Positions 1-8,714 of a stretch of DNA of 56,188 bases are shown here, piece by piece. How positions within the stretch are numbered: position 1 is the stretch's first letter; every line of letters begins with the position of its first letter. A program made the position numbers and the translations under genes. The notes beneath the pieces were generated by a model. That model saw only the letters and a program-made list of their open reading frames with translations. It was not told where the DNA came from and made no database searches. Source of the DNA: an uncultured virus (IMG/VR IMGVR_UViG_3300021962_000038) (taxonomy: Duplodnaviria; Heunggongvirae; Uroviricota; Caudoviricetes); the IMG/VR virus record IMGVR_UViG_3300021962_000038. One strand, written 5' to 3'.

Positions 1-1
1 A

Positions 2-109
2 GGTGTTGACCATAGTAAACTTGTACCGCTTCTAACAAAAGCCATCCAAGAACAACAAACCATCATTGAAAACCTCAAAGCAAGAATAGAAACATTGGAG
101 AACGCATAA
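2..109 (+). CDS. C-terminal end of a tail fibre with an intramolecular chaperone (peptidase S74-like) coiled coil; partial
   Basis: Frame 2 reads GVDHSKLVPLLTKAIQEQQTIIENLKARIETLENA*, the typical end of S74 chaperone domains. Confidence 0.75.
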   Translation, partial: GVDHSKLVPLLTKAIQEQQTIIENLKARIETLENA

Positions 110-110
110 C

Positions 111-1034
111 ATGGCAACCACAAAGGTAACAAAAGGAGTCATTGCAGATAATGCTGTCGGTATAGATCAGTTAGATGTAACCGATGGATCAAACGGTCAA
201 GTTCTCTCTACAGACGGTAGTGGGACATTATCGTTCACTTCTGTTACAAGTTATTCTGATTCAGCTGTAGAGACATACTTAGATAGTGGAACATCAACCC
301 CTATTTTAGCAAATGCAACATTTGGTGGAATAATATTAAGAGATGGAAGTGGTTCTATAGGAATAAATAGAAACCCTTATAATGGTAATAGTGTTTCAGA
401 TTCAAACTTACAAAGATTTCAAATCAATGCTCCATCAAGTGGTTCAGACTTTTTAGATTTTCAATCTTATAACAGCAGCGGAACATATACAGGTAGTTTT
501 TATTTAAACGCTGGCAAGCTTGGTATTGGTACGAGTAGCCCAACAGATAGACTTCATGTAGTAGGAACTTCATTTTTAAATGGTAATACTTATGTTGGTT
601 CAGGTGGTTCAGGTAATATTTATCTTAGTGCAGGAACAGGTATTTACATGGATGGCGGTACAACTTCTGCAAATCTTCTTGACGATTACGAGGAAGGTAC
701 TTGGACTCCTAGTTTAAATGCAGGAAGTTTTAGTTCTGTAAATGCTAGATACACAAAAATAGGTAGGGTTGTTACATTAACAGTAGATGCAACAGTAGGT
801 ACTGGTGGTGGTTCACAAATATCTAACATACCATTTACTGCTGGAAATACTACAGGAACTGCAATATACACAAGTGGTCAAGATTTTAATAGTGGAAGAA
901 CAGTTCCAATTGTCATAGTAGGTGGTGGTTCAACTACAATGTATTTTAGAGATATAGGAGATAATGTATCTTATTTAGGATTGGCTTTAACAGCAGGTGC
1001 AGCAATTTCTTTTACTTTAACTTATGATGTGTAA
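111..1034 (+). CDS. Tail fibre/virion structural protein
   Basis: Gly/Ser/Thr-rich; GQVLSTDGSGTLSF, GKLGIGTSSP and LDDYEEGTWTP...YTKIGRVV motifs common in phage fibres. Confidence 0.7.
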   Translation: MATTKVTKGVIADNAVGIDQLDVTDGSNGQVLSTDGSGTLSFTSVTSYSDSAVETYLDSGTSTPILANATFGGIILRDGSGSIGINRNPYNGNSVSDSNLQRFQINAPSSGSDFLDFQSYNSSGTYTGSFYLNAGKLGIGTSSPTDRLHVVGTSFLNGNTYVGSGGSGNIYLSAGTGIYMDGGTTSANLLDDYEEGTWTPSLNAGSFSSVNARYTKIGRVVTLTVDATVGTGGGSQISNIPFTAGNTTGTAIYTSGQDFNSGRTVPIVIVGGGSTTMYFRDIGDNVSYLGLALTAGAAISFTLTYDV

Positions 1035-1087
1035 CATAAATTTAACTAATATACCTAGTGGATTCTAGGTAAGGAGAAAAAAATAAA

Positions 1088-1336
1088 ATGGCAATAACAA
1101 AAGAACTAATAGAAGATAAAATAGAAATCGTAGGCGATTACAAACATGTACAGGTAAGAACTGCTACAGTCATTAAAGAAGATGGCGTAGAACTTAACAG
1201 GTCTTTCCATAGACATAGCTTAAATTGCTTAGACGATATAAGTGGTGAATCTTCTGAAGTCCAAGCAATCTGCAATGCAGTATGGACTGACGAACTAAGA
1301 GCAGCTTATCAAGCACATTTAGATAGTCAAAACTAA
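1088..1336 (+). CDS. Small tail-fibre-associated protein
   Basis: Strong SD (AAGGAG); follows the fibre gene; VQVRTATVIKEDGVELNRSFHRH motif. Confidence 0.55.
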   Translation: MAITKELIEDKIEIVGDYKHVQVRTATVIKEDGVELNRSFHRHSLNCLDDISGESSEVQAICNAVWTDELRAAYQAHLDSQN

Positions 1337-1445
1337 AATCTGCATAGTTTTACAAAAAAACTTCCCAAAAACATATTGTTTGAAGAGTAAGACTTACTAA
1401 ATATATGTGTATATACCCAATAACATTTTTTAGGACACACTAAAC

Positions 1446-1679
1446 ATGGCAACACAAAACAAATTTGTTATCGAGTACGGACTTAGTGTAGGTTCTACAG
1501 AAGTAATCACATCTTCAGGTAAGATCGTTGCAGCTGCAATTTCAGACTTAGACACAGACGATCTTTCAGAAGGTTCTACAAATGTTTACTTCTCAACCTC
1601 AAGAGTCGATACTCATCTCGCAGACGGAACTGCATCAAAAACATTAAACAATGTTCAGATTGACGGAGGCACCATCTAA
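1446..1679 (+). CDS. Small virion/fibre protein
   Basis: N-terminus paralogous to the next gene; TDDLSEGSTNVYF fibre repeat motif; late promoter-like ACTAAATA at 1396. Confidence 0.55.
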   Translation: MATQNKFVIEYGLSVGSTEVITSSGKIVAAAISDLDTDDLSEGSTNVYFSTSRVDTHLADGTASKTLNNVQIDGGTI

Positions 1680-3319
1680 TGGCTGGAGAAAAGAACTTTG
1701 TAGTCAAGAACGGACTCTCTATCGGAACAACAGAGGTAATAACCTCTTCAGGTAAAGTTACATCTGCAGCTTTATCATCAAACACTGATTTCACAGAACA
1801 GGTACAAGATATTGTCGGTGCTTTTATCACAGGAACAGGGTCAACAACAGTAACCTACAACGATGCTGGTGATGCACTTACAATCTCATCAACAGGTAAA
1901 ACCGAAGAAGAAATCCAAGATATCGTTGGTGCTCAGTTAGTAACCAACGGTTCACATACAAACATTACTGCATCTTACGATGATGCAGGAGACGGTGCAG
2001 TTGATCTTTCTATCTCAGATGCAACAATCAGAGGAAAGATTTTAGTAACAGATGCAGGTGGAGATGGTTCACTTGCATATGATAACTCAACTGGTGTAAT
2101 CACTTACACAGGCCCAAGTGCTGCTGAAGTGCAAGCACATATCACTGCTGGAACAGGTGTGTCAATATCCAGTGGTGCAGTAAGTATCGGTCAGGCAGTA
2201 GGAACTTCAGATTCACCCACATTTGCAGGTATGACACTTACAGGTGCATCAACAGTTTCAGGACATATTCTTCCTAGTGCTGATGTTACCTACGACTTAG
2301 GTTCATCATCATATCAATGGCGAGATATCTATGTCGGGCCAGGGTCTTTATATGTTAACGGACAAAAGGTATTAGAAGATAACTCAGGAACAATTGTTGT
2401 TTCTGCTGATTCAGATCAGAATCTTCAGATAAAAACTGCTGGTAGTGGTGACATTGAGTTCAACCCATCAGGTACAGGTATCATTCAAGCAAAAGGAACA
2501 CTTCAAATGCTTGATGGTGAGTTGATCACCAACAGTGCTGGTAATGCAGTTGCATTCGGAAACAACATCACTGTAGATCAGATTACATCAAGAAGTGCAG
2601 ACACTAACTTAGTTCTTAGTGGAAACGGAACAGGTAATGTTACACTGAATGATAGTGTAAACATCACAGGTAACTTGACAGTTTCAGGAACTACAACAAC
2701 TGTAAACTCCGAAACTATTTCACTTGCAGATAACATCATTGCATTGAACAGTAATTTCACTTCAGGTGTACCAACAGAAGATTCAGGTATTAGTATCACA
2801 AGAGGTGGTTCAGCTGCAAAAACATTCTTATGGGATGAAACCAATGATAGATGGACAGTCGGTTCAGATTCAATGGTTGCAGGAACATTCATTGGTGGTC
2901 TAACAGGTAATGTCACAGGTAATGCAGACAGTGCTACTACACTAACAGGTTTGACTTCAACAGTTGCAGAACTGAACTATTCAGATGGTGTAACATCAAA
3001 CATTCAAACTCAGTTGGATGCAAAACAAGCTGCATCAACTGCTCTTACAACATCAACAACTTTTGGTGGTGATGTAAGTGGAACATATAATGCTATAGTA
3101 ATTGCAGACGACTCACACAATCATATCATCGGAAATGTTGATGGATTACAATCAGCACTTGATGCAAAATATGGTAGTGGTTCTAATGCAACACTAGGTA
3201 CAATAACAACAAGTAATGCTTCAAATGCAGGTGGATATGTAAGAAATATTTACCAATCAACATCAACACCTTCTTCAGGTGATGGTGCGGTTGGTGATCT
3301 TTGGGTATACTACGCATAA
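1679..3319 (+). CDS. Tail fibre protein
   Basis: 546 aa, T/G/S-rich; EQVQDIVGA repeated; GNLTVSGTTTTVNS; C-terminal STPSSGDGAVGDLWV. Confidence 0.75.
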   Translation: MAGEKNFVVKNGLSIGTTEVITSSGKVTSAALSSNTDFTEQVQDIVGAFITGTGSTTVTYNDAGDALTISSTGKTEEEIQDIVGAQLVTNGSHTNITASYDDAGDGAVDLSISDATIRGKILVTDAGGDGSLAYDNSTGVITYTGPSAAEVQAHITAGTGVSISSGAVSIGQAVGTSDSPTFAGMTLTGASTVSGHILPSADVTYDLGSSSYQWRDIYVGPGSLYVNGQKVLEDNSGTIVVSADSDQNLQIKTAGSGDIEFNPSGTGIIQAKGTLQMLDGELITNSAGNAVAFGNNITVDQITSRSADTNLVLSGNGTGNVTLNDSVNITGNLTVSGTTTTVNSETISLADNIIALNSNFTSGVPTEDSGISITRGGSAAKTFLWDETNDRWTVGSDSMVAGTFIGGLTGNVTGNADSATTLTGLTSTVAELNYSDGVTSNIQTQLDAKQAASTALTTSTTFGGDVSGTYNAIVIADDSHNHIIGNVDGLQSALDAKYGSGSNATLGTITTSNASNAGGYVRNIYQSTSTPSSGDGAVGDLWVYYA

Positions 3320-3338
3320 TAGCGTATAGTGAGGATAA

Positions 3339-4202
3339 ATGGTAACAGGTAATCAAAAGGTAAAAACGCCTACTGGTTGGAGTGCAACTAGAGGTGCTTG
3401 GGTAAAGACTGCATCAGGCACATGGTCAGCAGTCAAACAAATTTATATCAAGACACCTACTGGTTGGAATGATGCTTCAGGTCAAGCACTAGTACAACAA
3501 CCTTACCCTTACATTGCAAACGCTCAACAACCGTATATCGCTAACGCACAACAACCATACGCGTATCAAGCAAACGCTCAGACACCATATATTGCTAATG
3601 CTCAACAGCCTTATCCATATATTGCGAATGGACAACAACCTTATATTGCTAACGCACAACAACCTTATCCATATATTGCGAATGCTCAGACACCTTATAT
3701 CGCTAACGCTCAACAGCCTTATCCGTATATAGCAAACAGTCAGACACCATTCACATATCAGGCGAGGTCACCGTTTACATATAGTAATAGATATCCTGCA
3801 AATGCTCAGCAACCTTACATTGCAAATGGTCAAACCCCATTTACATATAATGCTAGATCGCCGTTTACATATAACGCAAGATATCCTGCTAATGCACAAC
3901 AACCTTACATTGCAAATGGTCAAAACCCATTTACATATAATGCTAGATCGCCGTTTACATATAGTAATAGATATCCTGCTAATGCTCAGCAACCATATAT
4001 AGCAAACGCAAGACAGCCAGGGACATATCAAGCATCTTATAGGGTTCCTTATATTGCAAATGCTAGGTCACCATTTACATACGATGCAAGATATCCAGCA
4101 ACATATCCTGCAAATGCTCAACAACCAAACACATATACATTTTTCACGGATAGAGCTTACTACTTCCAAGGCCCGCCTGGGAATGTACCATCATTTAAGT
4201 AA
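3339..4202 (+). CDS. Repeat protein A: Trp-rich N-domain plus 25 [QR]xP units; putative fibre strand
   Basis: VKTxxGW repeats in aa 1-52; units of 6/8/10 aa in aa 53-260; SD GAGG. Confidence 0.8.
   Translation: MVTGNQKVKTPTGWSATRGAWVKTASGTWSAVKQIYIKTPTGWNDASGQALVQQPYPYIANAQQPYIANAQQPYAYQANAQTPYIANAQQPYPYIANGQQPYIANAQQPYPYIANAQTPYIANAQQPYPYIANSQTPFTYQARSPFTYSNRYPANAQQPYIANGQTPFTYNARSPFTYNARYPANAQQPYIANGQNPFTYNARSPFTYSNRYPANAQQPYIANARQPGTYQASYRVPYIANARSPFTYDARYPATYPANAQQPNTYTFFTDRAYYFQGPPGNVPSFK
3495..4118 (+). repeat. Coding tandem repeat array of protein A (208 codons)
   Basis: QQPYIANA / RSPFTY / RYPANA units; 90-nt block in 3 copies at 3741-4010. Confidence 0.95.
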
Positions 4203-4210
4203 AGGAAATT

Positions 4211-4942
4211 ATGGCACTAGGATTTTATCAAATACCACTTCAGGGAAACTCAAGGTCTCCGTTTACCTATCAGGTATCCTATCGCGTTCCTTATATTGCA
4301 AATGCTCAACAACCTTACACATACAATGCAAGATATCCAGCAACATATCCTGCAAACTATCAGAATCCGTTTACATATAATGCAAGGTCACCATTTACAT
4401 ATAGGGTTCCTTACATTGCTAGTGCTCAACAGCCTTATATAGCAAACGCAAGACAACCATTTACTTATAACGCTAGATCACCGTTTACTTATCGAGTGCC
4501 TTATATTGCGAATGCTCAACAACCATATATAGCAAACGCAAGACAGCCATTTACATATCAAGCTAGAACGCCGTTTACTTATCGTGTGCCTTATATAGCA
4601 AATGCTCAACAACCATATATTGCAAATGCTAGACAACCAAATACATATCAAGCACAAGGTAGAACTCCGTTCACATATCAGAACAGATCGCCTTCTACAT
4701 ATCCTGCACAAGGTCAGACACCATTTACATATCAAAACAGATCACCGTTTACATATGAAACACAAGGTCAGACACCGTTCACATATCAGAACAGACAACC
4801 TAGTACATATCCAACAATAGGTAGAACACCGTTCACATATCAGAACAGATCACCATTCACATATCAAGCACAAGGTAGAACACCAGTTGCAAGATGGGAT
4901 GGTACATTGACACAACAGTGGCCTGCAACACCTATCACATAA
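4211..4942 (+). CDS. Repeat protein B: 25 [QR]xP units, mirror partner of protein A
   Basis: Own SD (AAGGA) and ATG; units in aa 15-222; C-terminal VARWDGTLTQQWP. Confidence 0.8.
   Translation: MALGFYQIPLQGNSRSPFTYQVSYRVPYIANAQQPYTYNARYPATYPANYQNPFTYNARSPFTYRVPYIASAQQPYIANARQPFTYNARSPFTYRVPYIANAQQPYIANARQPFTYQARTPFTYRVPYIANAQQPYIANARQPNTYQAQGRTPFTYQNRSPSTYPAQGQTPFTYQNRSPFTYETQGQTPFTYQNRQPSTYPTIGRTPFTYQNRSPFTYQAQGRTPVARWDGTLTQQWPATPIT
4253..4876 (+). repeat. Coding tandem repeat array of protein B (208 codons)
   Basis: RSPFTY / RVPYIANA / RTPFTYQN units; 90-nt block in 3 copies at 4361-4630. Confidence 0.95.
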
Positions 4943-4981
4943 TACACTAAATAATTGATATTATATTTTTTGGGATGAATT

Positions 4982-6565
4982 ATGCCGACAGACTTTATTA
5001 AATTAGAGTCAGTAGAAGATGCTAAACAAGTAAAACCTATTGACTGGACTGAAAAACCAACACTTATCCACTTAAGAACTACTCAACCAAATTATCATTT
5101 GGGTACCTTATCTGTAAATAGATATTCTGAAAACAGTAAAACATATCAAATTCTAAAATATCTATTTGATAATAATATCCTTCCACCTCTAAAATATTTC
5201 AAGTGGGGTGCAATAAAGGATGATATCAAGAACGATAAATTTCGTGCATTTCATGGTCTCAGACATCATGCATCAAACTATCTAAGTTTTTTACATCATG
5301 GGTGGACTTGTAGTCCTAAGTCACCAAAGGTAGGTATGCTTGGTGGAATGGATTTCCAAAGTGGTGATGAAACAGAAAAGTCAATTACAGATTTTACCTC
5401 TATAACAAATCCTTCAGATTGGGACAATCATAATCTAAGTTCAATTTACTATCATTCTGCAAAAGCACACTGGTTAGTTCATAGTATGCAAGAAGAGGGA
5501 TTGTGGGCACCTATACAAGGGGTGGTAGAAAGTGTACCTGAAAGTAAGGATAATTACAGAGTCTTCATTCATCCTGGCTCTGTTCGTTCTTGTGTTATAG
5601 AAGAGTTAGATGACTCTGAAAATGATTGTCTCTTTTTTGATCCATACAATCTTTTACCCCACATTGATCCTATAGGAGTAGATGAATACTTGCAATTATG
5701 GAAAGAGAAGTTAAATAAAAAGGGAGTGAAACATGATGATATATCACTCATAATGAATGGGGGAGTTATTGAAATACAATCATCTCTTGCAACATTAGAT
5801 TTCAGACATCAGGTCTATGAATTTAACAAGAAAGTTCATATATTGACAAATAAAAAACCCTTCAATATCTATATTGGTTATGACTCAACACAAAATGGTG
5901 TAGAAAAAGTATGTAAACATTCTATACAAACAACAATAGAGAAATCATGGTCTAGAGGTAGAAATATGGATTCTACTTATTTCATGCCTGAAATAAAGTA
6001 TCTTGACATATCCAAGATCCCTGAGTATACTAGACCGTATGCAAATCAAAATACTGAATTTACATATAGTAGATTTTTGATTCCATACTTGGAAAACTAT
6101 GAAGGATTTAGTATGTTTGTGGATGATGATTTTGTATTTACAAAAACATTGTTACCAATGTTTTATTTTCTAAATCCTGATCATGCAGTTGCATGTATTC
6201 AGTACCCACAGTACAAACATGATACAACAAAATTTGTAGGTGCAGTCAATATAGACTATCCAAGAAAATTGTGGTCTAGTATGATGATATTCAACAATGG
6301 TCATGAGGATTGTAAAAAACTCACACCTGAGGTTATCAACACTTGGACTGGTGCTCAACTGCATCAATTTCAATGGACAGAAAAAATTTCTAAAATTCCT
6401 GAACATTTCATTTTTACAGAGGGGTACGATGATCCTGAAACTAAATGGAATGTTAGTGGATATCACTATACAAGGGGAGGCCCTTGGATTGATGGAATGG
6501 ATTGTTCTAGTATAGAAAGACTTGAATACTATGAAAAAGCAAAGTCTTCCATGCAGTCTAAATAA
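4982..6565 (+). CDS. Two-domain protein with C-terminal GT-A glycosyltransferase (GT8/CDI-like) and unknown N-domain
   Basis: IYIGYDS, TEFTYSRFLIPYL, FVDDDF (DxD), YPRKLWSSMMIFN, HYTRGGPW. Confidence 0.8.
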   Translation: MPTDFIKLESVEDAKQVKPIDWTEKPTLIHLRTTQPNYHLGTLSVNRYSENSKTYQILKYLFDNNILPPLKYFKWGAIKDDIKNDKFRAFHGLRHHASNYLSFLHHGWTCSPKSPKVGMLGGMDFQSGDETEKSITDFTSITNPSDWDNHNLSSIYYHSAKAHWLVHSMQEEGLWAPIQGVVESVPESKDNYRVFIHPGSVRSCVIEELDDSENDCLFFDPYNLLPHIDPIGVDEYLQLWKEKLNKKGVKHDDISLIMNGGVIEIQSSLATLDFRHQVYEFNKKVHILTNKKPFNIYIGYDSTQNGVEKVCKHSIQTTIEKSWSRGRNMDSTYFMPEIKYLDISKIPEYTRPYANQNTEFTYSRFLIPYLENYEGFSMFVDDDFVFTKTLLPMFYFLNPDHAVACIQYPQYKHDTTKFVGAVNIDYPRKLWSSMMIFNNGHEDCKKLTPEVINTWTGAQLHQFQWTEKISKIPEHFIFTEGYDDPETKWNVSGYHYTRGGPWIDGMDCSSIERLEYYEKAKSSMQSK

Positions 6566-6584
6566 TTATTATTGAGGAAAAATT

Positions 6585-7154
6585 ATGAACCATAAAATGA
6601 ATGCATTTGTTTTTTGTGAGAACTCAAATCTTTTTATCAGAAAACCTAATGGATTAGAGTACACATTTGATAATGTAGATACACCTGCACTAGGATTTGA
6701 ATATGAAGTGTTAGTGTATGATGAAATAGAAGTAAAAATCTTGAAATGGGATTGGGATAAAACTTTCCATGAACAAGAAAAAATACCTCTATCAGATAAT
6801 GAAAAAGAAATTATAGAAAACTATATTTCAAATTCTGAACCACCTGAGGGTGTAACACTTGCAGGTCAAATAATCAATCGTCTAAAAACTTATATTACCT
6901 CTGAAGTATTACAGATGTGTCATATGCTTGGGTTTGAGGATTTGAATGAAGTTGCAGTTGCAGGACGAGAGGGGTCAAACCATCCGTATCGTTCAAATGC
7001 AAGGAGAGTGTTAGAGTATGTGGATGCAGTTTGGAATGTCTTTGATGATGTTTCAAATGATGTCTTTAGAACTAGAGAAGATCATCTAAAACCATTACAA
7101 GAATATATTCTAATAATACCTAGAGCTGCAGTACTACCTGATCAAGAAAGATAA
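6585..7154 (+). CDS. Hypothetical protein, possibly a tail fibre assembly chaperone
   Basis: C-terminal LGFEDLNEV...HPYRSNARRVLEYVDAVW loosely resembles fibre-assembly proteins; SD GAGG. Confidence 0.4.
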   Translation: MNHKMNAFVFCENSNLFIRKPNGLEYTFDNVDTPALGFEYEVLVYDEIEVKILKWDWDKTFHEQEKIPLSDNEKEIIENYISNSEPPEGVTLAGQIINRLKTYITSEVLQMCHMLGFEDLNEVAVAGREGSNHPYRSNARRVLEYVDAVWNVFDDVSNDVFRTREDHLKPLQEYILIIPRAAVLPDQER

Positions 7155-7873
7155 TGTCCAAAACTCTTGATGTAGTTTATCTAGATAAACCATTCAAAAT
7201 TCAAGATCTACCACTTACAAGTGTGTATGTTTTTGATAATTGGTTATCTTCTGAATTACATCATTATTTTGATAAGTTTATAGTTAATGAACAATTTTGG
7301 TCTAAATCAAATCAAGTAGGAAGTAGTAGTCCCACAGGATTGCCTCATCATAGTTTTTGGGGTGCATCGTTTTTTCGTCAGAACTTTGAATTAGAACATG
7401 GTATCAAACCATATCAAGCATTTTTTGCAAATTATCTAATCCGTAGATTAGAAACAGAGTTTGGTTTCAAGTGGGTTAGATTTCAATATGCAGGTTTGAA
7501 TTCTCAGACTGTTGGATTACAGGGTACAACTCATAAAGATTGTCAAGATGAAGATGCATGGAATCTCTCCTTTCTTTATTATCCAAATCGTTTTTGGAAT
7601 AAAGAATGGGGTGGAACACTAAGACTCTATGATGAGATGCAACAGGGTTTAGATGGGAGAGATGAACATATAAAAAACCATCAAATTGCAGAGATAGAAT
7701 TTGTTCCAAATCGTCTTGTAATGTTTGATGGAAGAATACCACATGGTGCAGATGCACCTGATCCGTCTGCACGATACATAGACAGGAGATCTCTTGTGGT
7801 AAGAGGTGATGAAGTAAGATTAGTAGATAGTGAGGAGTTTTTTTATGCCAACGATAGAATTCGTCGCATATAG
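7154..7873 (+). CDS. 2OG-Fe(II) oxygenase (prolyl hydroxylase-like)
   Basis: HKD (HxD), WNKEWGGTL, PNRLVMFDGRIPH, distal Arg. Confidence 0.85.
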   Translation: MSKTLDVVYLDKPFKIQDLPLTSVYVFDNWLSSELHHYFDKFIVNEQFWSKSNQVGSSSPTGLPHHSFWGASFFRQNFELEHGIKPYQAFFANYLIRRLETEFGFKWVRFQYAGLNSQTVGLQGTTHKDCQDEDAWNLSFLYYPNRFWNKEWGGTLRLYDEMQQGLDGRDEHIKNHQIAEIEFVPNRLVMFDGRIPHGADAPDPSARYIDRRSLVVRGDEVRLVDSEEFFYANDRIRRI

Positions 7874-8714
7874 TGAAGAAACTGTAAAGTATTTCAAACC
7901 TGTTCTTGCATCAACAGTTCAGCCTGATTGGTGGAAGAAGATGAAGATAATGGAAATAAATAGGGGTCACCGACAACATACTGTTCGTGCATGTCCCGCT
8001 ATGGATGATTGGTTGAGAATAGGATACTATCTGATTGCAGCTCAGGATATAGAAGTTATAAATGGTGTGTCTGATACTGACGAAGGTGATGAAAGATTTT
8101 CAACTGCAGACATTAGTGGTAATGGTATAAATTCCATTAGTCATCCTGCATCTCAGATGGGAAATGTTTTTGAGTTTTTAGGTGACGGTGGCCCAATAAA
8201 GGATGCATTCAAAATGAGAAATCCATGGAATGTGATCACTCCTAAGGGGTATTCTTGTTTCTACTTAGATCCATTTTTACATCAAAATAGATATTTCTCA
8301 ACATGGCCTGGTATCATAGATACTGATAGTTTCAATATCAATCAAGATAATGCACAAATCATTTTTTATCCCAAAGTTGAAAAGGGATTTATAATACCAA
8401 AGGGAACACCGTTAGTGCAAATTATTCCTTTTAGACGAGAGGAGTGGGTTGCCTCTTATCAACTAAGAAGTCACAAAGCATATATCGAAAATCTATCCTC
8501 TAGAACTTCACCTCATGGTGATGTACCAAATAGATTATCAATGTCTGAACATAGAAGAAGGGATCCTGAGGGAGATGCGTTTTCTATCGGGCCATATCGT
8601 AAACATGGATATTGGCATAGAAAAGATCAGTTTTTTAAGAAAATAGAAGAAGGTAAATGTCCTTTTCATACAGAGGAAGAAAGTCCTGAAAAACAAATGG
8701 AGTTTGATTTCTAA
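7845..8714 (+). CDS. DUF6065-like (dUTPase-like fold) protein
   Basis: ACPAM, PWNVITPKGYS, GIIDTD, IPKGTPLVQIIPFRRE; likely ATG at 7845 after GAGGAG. Confidence 0.55.
   Translation: MPTIEFVAYSEETVKYFKPVLASTVQPDWWKKMKIMEINRGHRQHTVRACPAMDDWLRIGYYLIAAQDIEVINGVSDTDEGDERFSTADISGNGINSISHPASQMGNVFEFLGDGGPIKDAFKMRNPWNVITPKGYSCFYLDPFLHQNRYFSTWPGIIDTDSFNINQDNAQIIFYPKVEKGFIIPKGTPLVQIIPFRREEWVASYQLRSHKAYIENLSSRTSPHGDVPNRLSMSEHRRRDPEGDAFSIGPYRKHGYWHRKDQFFKKIEEGKCPFHTEEESPEKQMEFDF

Noticed and set aside
4190..4215. A and B being one gene broken by a frameshift or sequencing error
   Set aside because: A ends in a non-repeat tail with TAA, and B has its own SD (AAGGA), ATG and non-repeat leader; fused homologues elsewhere remain possible
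3489..4820. Alternative-frame and antisense ORFs over the repeats
   Set aside because: Shadows of repetitive stop-poor codons; no SD or independent signal
3495..4876. Repeat arrays as a CRISPR array or non-coding repeat
   Set aside because: No constant repeat with unique spacers; variation is mostly at third codon positions and unit lengths are multiples of 3, so they are coding
3339..4942. Mirror symmetry caused by a DNA inverted duplication
   Set aside because: Both ORFs are on the + strand, and the reverse complement of A units (e.g. TGCGTTAGCAATATAAGG) does not match B
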